DNA of 62,388 bases, filler included, from Actinomycetota bacterium (lineage in GTDB: Bacteria > Actinomycetota > Acidimicrobiia > Spongiisociales > UBA4744), in NCBI GenBank assembly GCA_013152275.1. It is 4 parts of 4 records of this genome, joined end to end, with 100 filler letters (N's around TTAATTAATTAA, not from the genome) between each part and the next. Parts side by side here need not be neighbours in the genome. Positions count along the whole stretch, not along the records: positions 1 to 16,097 come from JAADGS010000097.1; positions 16,198 to 31,814 come from JAADGS010000013.1; 2 more parts are not named here. The stretch is one strand, 5' to 3'. Shown here piece after piece: positions 8,499 to 20,847 of the stretch. The translations under genes and the position numbers were made by a program. Every line of letters starts with the position of its first letter. The stretch's first letter is position 1. Under the pieces are notes generated by a model. That model was not told where the DNA came from. It searched no databases and saw only the letters and a list, made by a program, of their open reading frames with translations.

Positions 8499-8876
8499 TC
8501 ACCGGATGCCGGTGTCGTAGGCGACATCGAGTGGTTCGGTCTCGGGCACGGTGAACTGCTGCTCGGAGGCGGTGCCGAGCAGGCCCTCGACCGGTTGGGG
8601 GACCAGCGTGTAGGTACCTGCCGGCAGATCCAGACTGAACCGGCCCTGCCCGTCCGTCCGCGTGCGGGCGACCTCGTTGTCGGCGGGTCCCCACACGAGG
8701 AGCTCCGCGCCGACCACGGGCCGGTCGGCGCAGTCCGGATCGGGCGGCTCACGCATCACCGGGCAGGTCGGCCCTGCGTGCACATGGCCCTGCACCGAGA
8801 ACGTGACCGTCGTGGCCGACGGGCTCGACGAGCAGCCGGCCAACAACACGACCACGACGACAAAGAGGATCTTCAC
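8499..8876 (-). CDS. Lipoprotein with carboxypeptidase-regulatory-like (transthyretin-like) domain
   Basis: Lipobox LLAG-C; GPTCPV...PDC...RTDGQGRFSLDLPAGTYTL...YDTGIR. Confidence 0.8.
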   Translation of the reverse strand: MKILFVVVVVLLAGCSSSPSATTVTFSVQGHVHAGPTCPVMREPPDPDCADRPVVGAELLVWGPADNEVARTRTDGQGRFSLDLPAGTYTLVPQPVEGLLGTASEQQFTVPETEPLDVAYDTGIR

Positions 8877-9064
8877 TGCCCCTTCGACGCTGCACCGGGC
8901 AGGCGAAGTTCCCGCGGCGACCGGGCGGGCAGCCCGACACACGTTGCCTGTCTGCCGTCGACGTTCCCGTCACCTGGAGGCCAAAGGGGGCAGCTGCGAT
9001 CGCGATACCGAGCGTTCGCGCGGCCGTTTGATGTGAACGCTCCCATCACCGCTACGCTGCCACG

Positions 9065-10294
9065 ATGCTGCCCTCCCGGACCATACGCCGACGTCTCATC
9101 GGCACCCTGTTCGCCGGCTCCGGGATCAACCGCATCGGGTTCCTTCTCGCGTTGACCGTTGCGAGCCTTGCCGCGCAGGACATGCTCGGCTCGGCACTGT
9201 GGGCGGGTCTCCCCGCGGCGGTCGGTGTGGCAGGCATGGCGCTCGCCACCACTCCCATGTCGGCCTACATGGCCCGGCGGGGCCGGCGTGCCGGGATGAT
9301 CGCCGGTCAGACGATCGCGGTCGCCGGTGCGCTCGTGTCGGCGGTCGCCGTGTACACCGGGCTGTTCCTGGTGCTGGTCGTCGGGTTCTTTCTCTTCGGG
9401 GCCGGCAACAGCTCCGACAGGCTCGCCCGGTACGCAGCCGCCGAAGTCGTCTCCCCGGAACGCCGAGGCTCGGCGATCGCACTCGTCGTGTGGGCCGGCA
9501 CGGTCGGTTCGGTGATCGGCCCCTCACTGCTGGAACCCGCCCAGAGGTTCGGGATCGCCATCGGCATCACAGGGCTCGCCGGGCCATACCTCGGCACGGC
9601 GATCGCCTTCACGCTGGCGGGGATACTCATCGCGGTCCTGCTCCGTCCCGACCCGTTGGAGTTCGCCGCCGAAGAACAAGCCAAGGCCGACACGGTCCCC
9701 ATGCGCGTGTCTGCCCTGTTTCGGATACCGAAGGTCCGCTTCGCGATCGTGGCACTCGTCGCCGGCCAGGTCGTCATGGTGCTCATCATGACCATGACCC
9801 CGATCTACATCCGTTCCGCCGGACAGAGTCTCGGGATCGTCGGGCTGGTGATCAGCGCACACACGCTGGGCATGTTCGCCCTCTCGCCGGTCACCGGGTG
9901 GCTCGCCGATCGGCTGGGACGGATCCAGGTCGTGTTGAGTGGAGACGTGCTGCTGCTGATCGCCGGCGTCCTCGCGGCGTTCGCCTCGGGGTCCGACCGG
10001 GTGCTCCTCGTCGGTTCCCTGTTCCTGCTCGGACTTGGATGGAACTTCGGGTTCGTAGCCGGCAGCGCTCTCGTCATCGAAGACGTCCCCCCCGGGGCAC
10101 GGCTTCGCGCCCAGGGGGTCGCCGACGCGTTCGTGTGGATGTCGGGCGCCGTCGCGACGGTCGCGTCCGGGTTCCTGCTCGCCGCCGGCGGCTACGTCGC
10201 TCTCAGCCTGGTCGGCGCCGGTTTGGCACTCGTCCCGCCGCTGGTGCTGGTTCGCATGCGGCGCGCAGCAGCCTCGGTTCAACAGGCGACCTGA
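9065..10294 (+). CDS. MFS transporter
   Basis: About 12 hydrophobic segments; GWLADRLGR motif; TACGCT -10 box 6 nt upstream (leaderless). Confidence 0.9.
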   Translation: MLPSRTIRRRLIGTLFAGSGINRIGFLLALTVASLAAQDMLGSALWAGLPAAVGVAGMALATTPMSAYMARRGRRAGMIAGQTIAVAGALVSAVAVYTGLFLVLVVGFFLFGAGNSSDRLARYAAAEVVSPERRGSAIALVVWAGTVGSVIGPSLLEPAQRFGIAIGITGLAGPYLGTAIAFTLAGILIAVLLRPDPLEFAAEEQAKADTVPMRVSALFRIPKVRFAIVALVAGQVVMVLIMTMTPIYIRSAGQSLGIVGLVISAHTLGMFALSPVTGWLADRLGRIQVVLSGDVLLLIAGVLAAFASGSDRVLLVGSLFLLGLGWNFGFVAGSALVIEDVPPGARLRAQGVADAFVWMSGAVATVASGFLLAAGGYVALSLVGAGLALVPPLVLVRMRRAAASVQQAT

Positions 10295-10479
10295 GGTCGG
10301 GCCGTGCTGCCGGCGCACTCCTGTAGCCGAACGGCGCGGCAGGAGCAACCGGCCGTCGGCATCGAGATGGGCTTTCAACGCATCTGACACTCTTCTTGGC
10401 GATGCGGAGGCCTCAGGATCTCCGGCCGGCACCGGCACGACGGTCGAACAGCCCGTAGGCTGAGAGGCCGAGGGATCAA

Positions 10480-13254
10480 TTGGCGACACGCACATTCCTG
10501 TTCACCGATCTCGAAGGTTCGACACGCCTGTGGGAGACGCATCCGGAGGCGACGCGTGTCGCTCTCGCCGAACACGATGAGACGCTGGCCAAGGCGATCA
10601 CTGCCCATCGCGGCAGAGTCTTCAAGCACACCGGTGATGGGGTCCTCGCCGTGTTTGCTTCGGCCTCGGATGCCGTCGCCGCCGCGGCGCAAGCACAAGA
10701 GGCGATCGCCTCGCGGCCGCACCCCGAGATCGGGGTCCTGAGAGTCCGGATGGCGATCAACACCGGAGAAGCGGAGCCGCGCGGCGACGACTTCTTCGGT
10801 CCGGCGTTGAACCGTGCCGCCCGCCTTCTCGCTGCCGGTCACGGCGGCCAGATCCTCGTCGGTCTCGTCACCGAGCGCCTCGCAGGGCAGCAACTCCCTG
10901 ACGGGTTGTGGTTCGTCGATCTGGGCGAGCACCGGATACGCGACCTCGCACGCCCCGAGCGGGTGTTCCAGCTCGCAGGCCGCGGCCTTCCCTCGGAGTT
11001 CCCTCCGCTGGTGACCCTCGACGAGATCCCGAACAACCTGCCGACCCTCGCGACGAGTTTCGTGGGCCGGGTCCAGGAACTCGCCGAGGTCGAGAAGCTC
11101 GTTCGAGGTGCCCGTCTCGTCACCGTGACCGGGGTCGGGGGTGCAGGCAAGACCCGCCTGGCGTTGCAGGTGGCGGCTTCGATGAGCACGAAGTTTCCCG
11201 GGGGGACGTGGCTGGTCGAGCTCGCGGCGGTCAGCGACCCGGACCTCATCGTGTCCGCCATCATGGGGACGCTCGGCGTCGCCGAACAGCCCGGTCGCCC
11301 GTTGCTGGACTCGCTCATCGAGCATCTGGCACACCAGAACACGCTGCTCATCATCGACAACTGTGAACACCTGATCGGTTCCTGTGCCCGACTTGTCGAC
11401 ACCCTCCTCGTTGGCACCACCGACCTGCGCATCATCGCCACCAGTCGAGAGCTGCTGGGCATCGGAGGCGAGGTCGCCTACGGGTTGCGGTCCATGTCGC
11501 TGCCCCCGGACACGGGAGACCTCACCGCTCGCGACCTCGCCAGGTACGACGCGATACGCCTGTTCGTCGAGCGGGCAGCCGTGTCGAAGACCGACTTTCG
11601 CCTCACCGCAGAAAACGCTCCGCCTGTCGTCGAGATCTGTACGCGTCTCGACGGGATGCCGCTCGCTCTCGAACTCGCCGCTGCCAGGATCCGGTCGTTC
11701 ACACCGAACGAGGTCGCAGAGCATCTCGATCGGCGGTTCCGGCTGCTCACCGGAGGTTCCCGGACCGCGCTGCCCCGCCAGCAGACATTGGCCGCGGCGA
11801 TCGACTGGTCCTATCAGCTGCTCGAGCCCGCCGAACGTGATCTGTTCGAAAGGCTGTCGGTGTTCCAGGGCGGATTCACGCTGGGCGCCGCGGAACGTGT
11901 GTGTGCGGACGACACGATCGACGCGTTCGATGTGATGGAGCTGATCCCATCCCTGGTCGACAAGTCCCTCGTTGCAGCCGATACGACCGGCACCGTATCC
12001 CGATATGCGCTGCTGGAGACGATCCGCCAGTTCGCCCGTGACCTCCTCGACGAGCACGGACGGGCCGACGAGTTCCGGCTCCGCCACGCCGAGTATTTCG
12101 TGGAGCTCGCCGAGGCGGCCGAACCGCACATGCGCGGTGTGGACGAGCGACTCTGGTGGGGACGCATCGAGGCGGATCTCGACAACCTGCGCCAGGCGAT
12201 GCTGTGGTCGACCGAATCCGACCACGCCGAGCTGGGGCTTCGCATCGCCGGTGCGATCGGGGCGTACTGGCGGATCGCGTTCCGCTTTGACGAAGGACTT
12301 CGCTGGCTGCGCGCCACGCTCGCCTCTGCGAGTGCCGACACCCCGAAACATCTACTGGCGAAAGGTCACCTCGGCCAGGGCACGCTCGCCGGACTTGCAG
12401 GTCTGTGGGATGAGGAGCGAGAGCATCTCGTCGCCTCGCTTGCGCTGTATCGGCAGCTCGACGCAGAAGGCGCCGATCCGGATCTTCTTCGCCAGGGGTA
12501 CTCGGCGGCGCTGATCAATCTCTCTTCCCTCTTCGATTCGGAACCTGAGCGGATTATCGAGCTCAACCAGGAAGCCCTCGAGGTCGCTCGACGCTGCGGC
12601 AATCCGGCAGGCGTCACGGCTTCCCTTGGCAACATCGCAGAGGCACACGCCATGCTGGGCGACCTCGAGAAGGCCAGGGCAGGGTTCGAGGAGTCCATCG
12701 CCTCTTCCGAACGGTTTGGGTCCACGCACCGCCTTGTCGAAGCCTTCGGTCAGCTGGGACTCGTCGAGCTGAACGCCGGGGAACCCGAACGTGCCGAAGC
12801 TGTGCTTCGGAGAGCCCTGACCCAGGCCGAGGCCGGCGGGCTCAAGGAGTACGCGGCGTTTGTCCGGACCCAGATCGCCATGGCACGCCACGATGCAGGG
12901 GTCCCGGGCATGCGGGCAGAGTTCGCCGCCCAGGCCGGCGTCGCGCTACAGAACGAGGATTTCCGCAGAGTGCTGCTGTTTCTGGCCGGCTGGCTGATAC
13001 AGCGCGCCGACTTGGATCTCGCCGAAGGCGACGTCGATGCGGCAGCGGACCTCATCGGGGCATCTCTGGCTCTCTCAAAGGCCGGCACACCGCCCTACTG
13101 GACGGTTGAAAGGCGCCGTGACCGGGTCCTGGCTCGGCTGAAGGCGATACTCGGAGAAGCCGCCGTCGAGGCGGCGATGGCCAGAAGCGCCGCACCGACC
13201 GTCGACGAACTCTGGTCCCTCGTCACGGCGACAACGCCTGTCGACGGGGTGTGA
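10480..13254 (+). CDS. Class III adenylate/guanylate cyclase - STAND (NB-ARC-like) ATPase - TPR protein
   Basis: TFLFTDLEGST, KHTGDG, GPALNRAARL; Walker A GVGGAGKT, LLIIDNCEH, ATSRE, LDGMPLALELAA; helical TPR-like C-terminus; no LuxR HTH. Confidence 0.9.
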   Translation: MATRTFLFTDLEGSTRLWETHPEATRVALAEHDETLAKAITAHRGRVFKHTGDGVLAVFASASDAVAAAAQAQEAIASRPHPEIGVLRVRMAINTGEAEPRGDDFFGPALNRAARLLAAGHGGQILVGLVTERLAGQQLPDGLWFVDLGEHRIRDLARPERVFQLAGRGLPSEFPPLVTLDEIPNNLPTLATSFVGRVQELAEVEKLVRGARLVTVTGVGGAGKTRLALQVAASMSTKFPGGTWLVELAAVSDPDLIVSAIMGTLGVAEQPGRPLLDSLIEHLAHQNTLLIIDNCEHLIGSCARLVDTLLVGTTDLRIIATSRELLGIGGEVAYGLRSMSLPPDTGDLTARDLARYDAIRLFVERAAVSKTDFRLTAENAPPVVEICTRLDGMPLALELAAARIRSFTPNEVAEHLDRRFRLLTGGSRTALPRQQTLAAAIDWSYQLLEPAERDLFERLSVFQGGFTLGAAERVCADDTIDAFDVMELIPSLVDKSLVAADTTGTVSRYALLETIRQFARDLLDEHGRADEFRLRHAEYFVELAEAAEPHMRGVDERLWWGRIEADLDNLRQAMLWSTESDHAELGLRIAGAIGAYWRIAFRFDEGLRWLRATLASASADTPKHLLAKGHLGQGTLAGLAGLWDEEREHLVASLALYRQLDAEGADPDLLRQGYSAALINLSSLFDSEPERIIELNQEALEVARRCGNPAGVTASLGNIAEAHAMLGDLEKARAGFEESIASSERFGSTHRLVEAFGQLGLVELNAGEPERAEAVLRRALTQAEAGGLKEYAAFVRTQIAMARHDAGVPGMRAEFAAQAGVALQNEDFRRVLLFLAGWLIQRADLDLAEGDVDAAADLIGASLALSKAGTPPYWTVERRRDRVLARLKAILGEAAVEAAMARSAAPTVDELWSLVTATTPVDGV

Positions 13255-13380
13255 CCGATCGATGTGAGGTTCGTTCCGCCCGGCATCAGAACAACCGGGC
13301 CGCCGCCGCGGTGCCGGGTGACAGGGTCGGGCAAGGCGCAACATGTCACGCGGCAAGCAGCTCTGGAATGTCGATCCCGA

Positions 13381-14439
13381 TCAGCCGCCGAGGCGTTCCA
13401 GCAACGCTCCGGTCGACTCTGCGTCCTGACCGCCGACCTCTCCGAGGACCCCGCGTTCGGTGAGGGAGAACAGCCAGATCAAAGAAGGGATGACCAGTAG
13501 GACCGCCGCGGCGAAGGCGATGACGAGACCGATCAGGACCGCCTGCGGAGCGGCGAACGCATCGACGGTTGCCTCTCCTTGCAGCAGGTACGGGTACTGG
13601 CCGACTGCCCAGCCCCACAGGATCGAGACGGTGGCGAGCAGCGCGAACCCCCGGGCGACCGAGTAACTGCGTCTTGACAGCAGCCACAACGAGACGATCC
13701 CGGCGGCCGCCGACACGAGAAGGATCGGGATGCCCCAGGCCGATGTGAGGCCATGGAAGAGCGCAGGGGCATCGGCACGAAGAACCACGATGCCGGCCGC
13801 CGCCACCACCCCGGTGGCAACTCCGGCACCGAGTGCGCGGCGCCGGAAGTACTGTGCGAGTTCCGTCGAACCCTCCGCCGAGGCGACCCTGGCAACCAGC
13901 GCGGCCGCCATGAACGCGCAGGCCACCACGGCGAGTGACCCGGCAAGCAGCGACGTCGGGTTCAGCCACGATGCGACAGGATCGCCGGCTGCGTTACCGA
14001 GCGGCACCCTGCCCGAGGCAATCGCTCCGGCGACGGTGCCGAGAAAGAACGGGGTCAGGACCGACGATGCGGCAAACGTCGCCCCGAAGAACCGCCGGCT
14101 GGGCATCGTATCGGACCACTTCCTGAACGCGAACGCGGTGCCACGCAAGATGATGCCGAACGCCGCCAGCGTCAACGGGATGTACAGGGTGGTGGCGATC
14201 GCGACGAACGGCTCCGGGAACGCCGTCCACAGGTAGACGAGCACGAAGATCAGCCACACATGGTTCGCCTCCCACACCGGGCCGATCGCCCGTTCCAGCA
14301 GCGAACGAACCTTGGCTCCGCGCTCGGGCCCTCCGGCGAACAGATCCCAGATGCCGGCGCCGAAGTCTGCGCCTCCGAACACGCCATAGGCGGACACCCC
14401 TACCCAGATGATGGCCAGGATCACGTCCGCGAGGCTCAT
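13381..14439 (-). CDS. cydB: Cytochrome bd ubiquinol oxidase subunit II
   Basis: GGADFGAG, IGPVWEANHVWLIF. Confidence 0.93.
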   Translation of the reverse strand: MSLADVILAIIWVGVSAYGVFGGADFGAGIWDLFAGGPERGAKVRSLLERAIGPVWEANHVWLIFVLVYLWTAFPEPFVAIATTLYIPLTLAAFGIILRGTAFAFRKWSDTMPSRRFFGATFAASSVLTPFFLGTVAGAIASGRVPLGNAAGDPVASWLNPTSLLAGSLAVVACAFMAAALVARVASAEGSTELAQYFRRRALGAGVATGVVAAAGIVVLRADAPALFHGLTSAWGIPILLVSAAAGIVSLWLLSRRSYSVARGFALLATVSILWGWAVGQYPYLLQGEATVDAFAAPQAVLIGLVIAFAAAVLLVIPSLIWLFSLTERGVLGEVGGQDAESTGALLERLGG

Positions 14440-15797
14440 GGTGCGACCTCTGGTCCGTACGGTGTCGCGACGTCCTCACCGGCGGCGAAACGGCGCGACA
14501 TGCGCCGCAGCACGGCCAAGGTCGCCACTCCCAAGACCAGGTAGAGGCCGGTGATCGCGGCGGCGGTCACAACGATGCCCTCGGCGGCCGTCACCGCATC
14601 TGCAGTTCGCACGACACCTTGGACGATCCAGGGTTGGCGGCCCACCTCGGTGGTGACCCAGCCCGCCTCCAGCGCGGTGATCGCCCCGATGCCTGCCAGG
14701 GACGCGAAACGCCAGAACCACACCCCTTGGGGGACGTCTCGTTTGCGCCACCAGATGAACGCAAACCAGGCGGACAGGGCGAGCAGGCCGGTGCCCAGGG
14801 CCACCATCAGTTGGAAGCTCCAGTGCACGATGTTGGCCGGGGGGCGCTCGTCGGCGGGAACCGCGTCCAGGCCGGGGACGACGGCGCCGAAGTCGCGGGT
14901 GGCGAGGAACGAGGCCAGGCCGGGAATCTCGATGGCGCCCCGGACCTCGCCGTCGACGAGGAGACCGCCGAGCGTCATCGGCGCGCCGGCGATCGTCTCG
15001 GGGAGTAGCTCCATCGCAGCGAACTTCGCGGGCTGCGCCTCGATGAGACGGCGGCTGGCGACGTCACCGACCACGACTTGGAGTGGGGCGGCGATCGACG
15101 CGACGACGAAGGGGATGATGAAACCGAGCCGGTGGAGGCGATCGGTCCGGCCTTTCAACCGTCCGACCGCATACACGCCTGCGATCGTGAACCCGGTCAG
15201 CATGTAGGCCGCAAGCAGCATGTGTACGTACTGGACGCCTGTCGCCGAGTTCAGCATCGCTGCCCACGGGTCGATGTTCGTGACTTCCCCGGCGGTGAGG
15301 GTGAAGCCGGCCGGAGAGTTCATCCACGCGTTCGCCGATACGATGAAGAACGACCCGACGAAACCGGATACGACGATCGGATACAGCGTGCGGTAGTGCG
15401 TGCGGGCGGGAAGCCGATTCCAGCCGTAGAGGTAGATGGCGATGAAGATCGCCTCGACGAAGAACGCGACACCTTCGAGGGCGAACGGCAAGCCGATCAC
15501 GTCGCCGAACGGACCCATCATGCCGGGCCAGAGCATGCCCATCTCGAAGCTGATGATCGTGCCCGACACCGCCCCGACGGCGAAGAGGACCGCCATGACT
15601 TTCGACCAGCGTTTCGCCAGGCGCAGGGCGTCGCGGTCCTTGTGGCGGAGACCCCGCCGGTGGGCGAGCAGCGTGATGAACGGGAACGCGACACCGGCCG
15701 CGGCGAGCATGATGTGGAAGCCGAGGCTGGTCGCCATCTGGTACCGGGCTGCGAACAGATTGGCTTGCGAAGTGGCGACGACCAGCACCATGTCCAT
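14436..15797 (-). CDS. cydA: Cytochrome bd ubiquinol oxidase subunit I
   Basis: ARYQMATSLGFH, QPAKFAAME, EAGWVTTEVGRQPW. Confidence 0.95.
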   Translation of the reverse strand: MDMVLVVATSQANLFAARYQMATSLGFHIMLAAAGVAFPFITLLAHRRGLRHKDRDALRLAKRWSKVMAVLFAVGAVSGTIISFEMGMLWPGMMGPFGDVIGLPFALEGVAFFVEAIFIAIYLYGWNRLPARTHYRTLYPIVVSGFVGSFFIVSANAWMNSPAGFTLTAGEVTNIDPWAAMLNSATGVQYVHMLLAAYMLTGFTIAGVYAVGRLKGRTDRLHRLGFIIPFVVASIAAPLQVVVGDVASRRLIEAQPAKFAAMELLPETIAGAPMTLGGLLVDGEVRGAIEIPGLASFLATRDFGAVVPGLDAVPADERPPANIVHWSFQLMVALGTGLLALSAWFAFIWWRKRDVPQGVWFWRFASLAGIGAITALEAGWVTTEVGRQPWIVQGVVRTADAVTAAEGIVVTAAAITGLYLVLGVATLAVLRRMSRRFAAGEDVATPYGPEVAP

Positions 15798-16097
15798 GGC
15801 TCAACGTTATCAAGATCTCGGTCGGCAATGGTGGTTTCGATCAAGGACGCCGGTTTGGACGGCGGAGCCGGCCCGACGGATGCGTTCGGTGGGGGGCGGC
15901 GGCGGGGCGGGTCTGCGGTCGGTGAGGCGGAGCTGCGCCGTCGGGTTTCGCGTCATTGGCGGGGCGCTGTGTCGTCGCGTTCGACACCGCCGCGCCTGGC
16001 ACCTTGACCGGACGTCGGATCGAACACCAAAGGAGTGGCCATGCAACACGTCGTTCCCGTCGATCAGCTCGACGACATACATCGGGCGTGATATCGG

Positions 16098-16197
16098 NNN
16101 NNNNNNNNNNNNNNNNNNNNNNNNNNNNNNNNNNNNNNNNNTTAATTAATTAANNNNNNNNNNNNNNNNNNNNNNNNNNNNNNNNNNNNNNNNNNNN
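16098..16197. other. Artificial contig spacer
   Basis: N-run containing TTAATTAATTAA (stop codons in all six frames). Confidence 0.97.
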
Positions 16198-16527
16198 GGG
16201 GAAGCAAGAACGTGGGGTCGTTCCTCTCTTTCCTTCCCCCTCAGGGGGAAGTGCCGAGTCTTCGAGGCGATGGGGGTGTACCCGCGGCCTCAGGGGGAAG
16301 TGCCGAGTCTTCGAGGCGATGGGGGTGCAAGTGCCGGTGCGAAGAGGCTCTACCCCATCGACCTCGGCCAAAACCCCGAGGCCACTTCCCCTGCGAGGGG
16401 AAGCAAGAACGTGGGGTCGTTCCTCTCTTTTCTTCCCCCTCAGGGGGAAGTGCCGAGTCTTCGAGGCGATGGGGGTGCCCACGCGTCGGCGTAGCCGAGG
16501 CCACTTCCCCTGCGAGGGAAAGCAAGA
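16198..16527. repeat. Cluster of REP-like palindromic repeats
   Basis: 40-nt unit CCTCAGGGGGAAGTGCCGAGTCTTCGAGGCGATGGGGGTG at 16239, 16288 and 16438; second unit CCGAGGCCACTTCCCCTGCGAGGG(G/A)AAGCAAGA near 16376 and 16495. Confidence 0.85.
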
Positions 16528-16534
16528 TCGGGCT

Positions 16535-18118
<1,584 letters not shown>

Positions 18119-18171
18119 GGGTATCCTCACGAATGCTAAACGGGCAGCGTGCCCGACGCTTGAGGCGAACC

Positions 18172-20778
18172 ATGTCCGCACCAATCCACGAACTCGAACG
18201 CCGGGAAGTCAGGAGCCGGTGGTTCGTCGCGCTCGCGACACTCCTGTCCGTGGCCATCCTCGCCTCGACCTGGCTTGCACTGTTCTCGTTCTTCGGGACG
18301 AGCTCCGCATTCGGCGTTTTCACGGGTCTCGAGAAACGGTTCGTCCCCGACGTGCAGAGCATGGCGCTCGACTTCCCCGACCTGTCCAGGGTCTCACGCA
18401 TCTACACGCTCAAGAACGAGAAGCTGGCCGAGCTGGACGACGGCAAGAACAGTCAGCCGATCCGCATCGAGGACGTTCCGGAGATCGTCATCGACGGTGC
18501 GCTGGCCTCCGAGGACTCGACGTTCTATGAACATGAAGGGGTCAACTTCGCTGCGATCGGCAGCGCCTTCATCGACAATCTGCGATATGGCAGAGAGCGC
18601 GGTGGTTCGACGATCACCCAGCAGGTCGTCAAGCAGAACTTCGTCGGTGACGAGCTGACCCTCACCCGCAAGATTCGTGAGGCCGCCGTCGCCGTCGAGC
18701 TCGAGCGCCGCTACACGAAGGACCAGATTCTCGAGTTCTACCTGAACTCGGTGTATTTCGGCTGGGGAGCCTATGGGGTGAAGGCTGCAGCCCAGGAGTA
18801 CTTCGGCAAGAGCCTCGACGAACTCACGATCGCCGAGTCCGCAGCCATGTTCGTTCCGATCCGTAACCCGCGGGTCTACGACCCGCGACGGCAGCCGGAG
18901 AACGTCCTGCAACGCCGCAACGATGTCATCGACACGATGGTCGCGCACAACATGATCACCAAGAGTCAAGGGGAAGCGGCCAAGAAGGAGCCCCTCGACA
19001 TCAAGCCTCCATCGCGATTCGCGGGCCCGGCGGACCACGTTGTCGCCGAGGTCAAGCGACAGCTCCTGCACGAACCGGAGTTCGCCTTCCTGGGAGCCAC
19101 CACCGAGGAACGCAAGGTGGCGATCTTCGGATGCGCGGCGGATGACGAGAACTGCCACGGTGGAGGCGGGCTGAAGGTGTACGTCACGATCAACCTCGAC
19201 TGGCAGGAGACGGCCAACTCGATCCTCGAGTCGTGGCTGCCCTACACGGATCCCTCCACGATGACCAAACAACAGGTGGATGCGTGCATCGCCCGCTACA
19301 ACGCGACCCAGACGGCCGTCCCGTCCCTCGAACGGCTTCGCTGTGCACCCACCGGAGCGATCTCCACGGTCGACAGCGCCACCGGCGCGATCCGGGTCAT
19401 GTCGAGTGGCCTCCCCTTCGACGTCGAGCAGTTCGATCTGGCCCTGCGAAGCGAGCGGAATCCTGGCTCCGCCTTCAAACCGTTCGGCCTGGTCGCCTAC
19501 CTCGAATCCGGCGGCTCGCTGAACTCGTTCTGGGATGCACGCTCCCCCATCGAGATCGAATGCCCGTTCTCATGCGGCCGCGACGGGTCGAACATCTGGA
19601 CGGTGCGCGGAGGGAAGAAGGATACGGGGATACGGTTGACCCAGGCGACCTACCAGTCGGTGAACGTGGTCTACGCGCAGGTCTCGGTTGCGGTCGGCCC
19701 CGCCCACATCATCGATGTCGCTCGCAGGATGGGGATCAAGAAATCGAAGATCCCCGAGGTCTACTCGATCGTCCTCGGAGGCGGAGGAGCCACACCGATC
19801 GAGATGGCCTCCGCATACACGAACTTCGCGACGAACGGCCTCTGGGCCGAACCGTATCTCATCGAACGCATCGAGGGTCCCGACGGCACGGTGCTGTACC
19901 AGCACGAGACCCAACGCATGCAGGTCGTCGACCCTGCAATCATCGCTGCTGCCCGCCGCCCCCTGACCCGGGTTCCCACCAGGGCCGGAACCGCACCCGC
20001 CGCCAACATCGGCCGTCCTCAGGGAGGCAAGACGGGAACTCATCAGAACTACACCGACGCATGGTTCGTCGGGTTCGTTCCCCAATATGCCACCGCCGTG
20101 TGGGTGGGCTACCCCGACTTCCAGTACCCGATGCGCGACATCACGATCAAGAATCAGTACTACTCGAGGGTCTATGGGGGAACGATCCCCGCTCCGATCT
20201 GGGCGGAGTACATGACCGACATCCTCAAGAACGTCCCCGTCGAGAACTTCCCGCCCGATCCCCCAGGAGTGAGCAAGTACTTCGTGATTCCGAAGACGGA
20301 CGTGCCGCTCGTGCTCGGGATGCAGGCCGACGACGCCGAGGACGCGGTGTACAAGGCCCACCTCCAACCGGTCATGGTCGAGGTGCCCTCCGTCGAGTCT
20401 GCCGGCATCGTCGTTGGCCAGGACCCGAACCCGGCGGGTCAAGACGGAACGGCCACCCAACCTCTGACGGTCGACGAAGGCACCAAGATCACCGTGCAAG
20501 TCTCTTCGGGTGTCCCCCCCTCGGCACCGCTGGTCGACCTGACGGGCATGGATGTGGATCAGGTGGTTGCCGCCCTTGCCCAATTCAAGGAGGACACCGG
20601 AGTCGAGCTCTCCTTCACGACGATCTTCGTGGAGACGACCGAACCGACGCTCGTCGGTACGGTGATCACGACCAGTCCGATCCCCGCCTCCACCGTAACG
20701 TTCGGCGACACGATCACGCTCTTCATCGGCAAGGCGCCACCTCCTCCGCCCCCGTCCGGAGGTGGCGGAGGAGGTTGA
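18172..20778 (+). CDS. Class A penicillin-binding protein (transglycosylase/transpeptidase, PASTA domains)
   Basis: [26 protein letters not shown]-terminal PASTA-like VPLVLGM and LVDLTGM. Confidence 0.92.
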   Translation: MSAPIHELERREVRSRWFVALATLLSVAILASTWLALFSFFGTSSAFGVFTGLEKRFVPDVQSMALDFPDLSRVSRIYTLKNEKLAELDDGKNSQPIRIEDVPEIVIDGALASEDSTFYEHEGVNFAAIGSAFIDNLRYGRERGGSTITQQVVKQNFVGDELTLTRKIREAAVAVELERRYTKDQILEFYLNSVYFGWGAYGVKAAAQEYFGKSLDELTIAESAAMFVPIRNPRVYDPRRQPENVLQRRNDVIDTMVAHNMITKSQGEAAKKEPLDIKPPSRFAGPADHVVAEVKRQLLHEPEFAFLGATTEERKVAIFGCAADDENCHGGGGLKVYVTINLDWQETANSILESWLPYTDPSTMTKQQVDACIARYNATQTAVPSLERLRCAPTGAISTVDSATGAIRVMSSGLPFDVEQFDLALRSERNPGSAFKPFGLVAYLESGGSLNSFWDARSPIEIECPFSCGRDGSNIWTVRGGKKDTGIRLTQATYQSVNVVYAQVSVAVGPAHIIDVARRMGIKKSKIPEVYSIVLGGGGATPIEMASAYTNFATNGLWAEPYLIERIEGPDGTVLYQHETQRMQVVDPAIIAAARRPLTRVPTRAGTAPAANIGRPQGGKTGTHQNYTDAWFVGFVPQYATAVWVGYPDFQYPMRDITIKNQYYSRVYGGTIPAPIWAEYMTDILKNVPVENFPPDPPGVSKYFVIPKTDVPLVLGMQADDAEDAVYKAHLQPVMVEVPSVESAGIVVGQDPNPAGQDGTATQPLTVDEGTKITVQVSSGVPPSAPLVDLTGMDVDQVVAALAQFKEDTGVELSFTTIFVETTEPTLVGTVITTSPIPASTVTFGDTITLFIGKAPPPPPPSGGGGGG

Positions 20779-20847
20779 AGAGATTCTTTTCGCGACCTCC
20801 TATGACGTATCTTGACGTTGGTTGGTGTTTCTTGATATCACTACACG

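Noticed and set aside
15950..16097. Start of an IS110-like transposase (AAGGAG RBS, YIGRDI) at the contig end
   Set aside because: The ATG after the RBS gives only a 16-codon ORF and the YIGRDI motif is in another frame; too little sequence to call.
16098..16197. TTAATTAATTAA inside N-runs (also 31815-31914 and 47244-47343) as a biological repeat
   Set aside because: Identical 100-nt synthetic contig spacer with six-frame stops; ORFs ending in ...LIN are artefacts.
16198..16527. CRISPR array
   Set aside because: Spacing is irregular, the intervening sequences are themselves repeated, and there are no cas genes. The 70-bp repeat at 47063 also lacks unique spacers.
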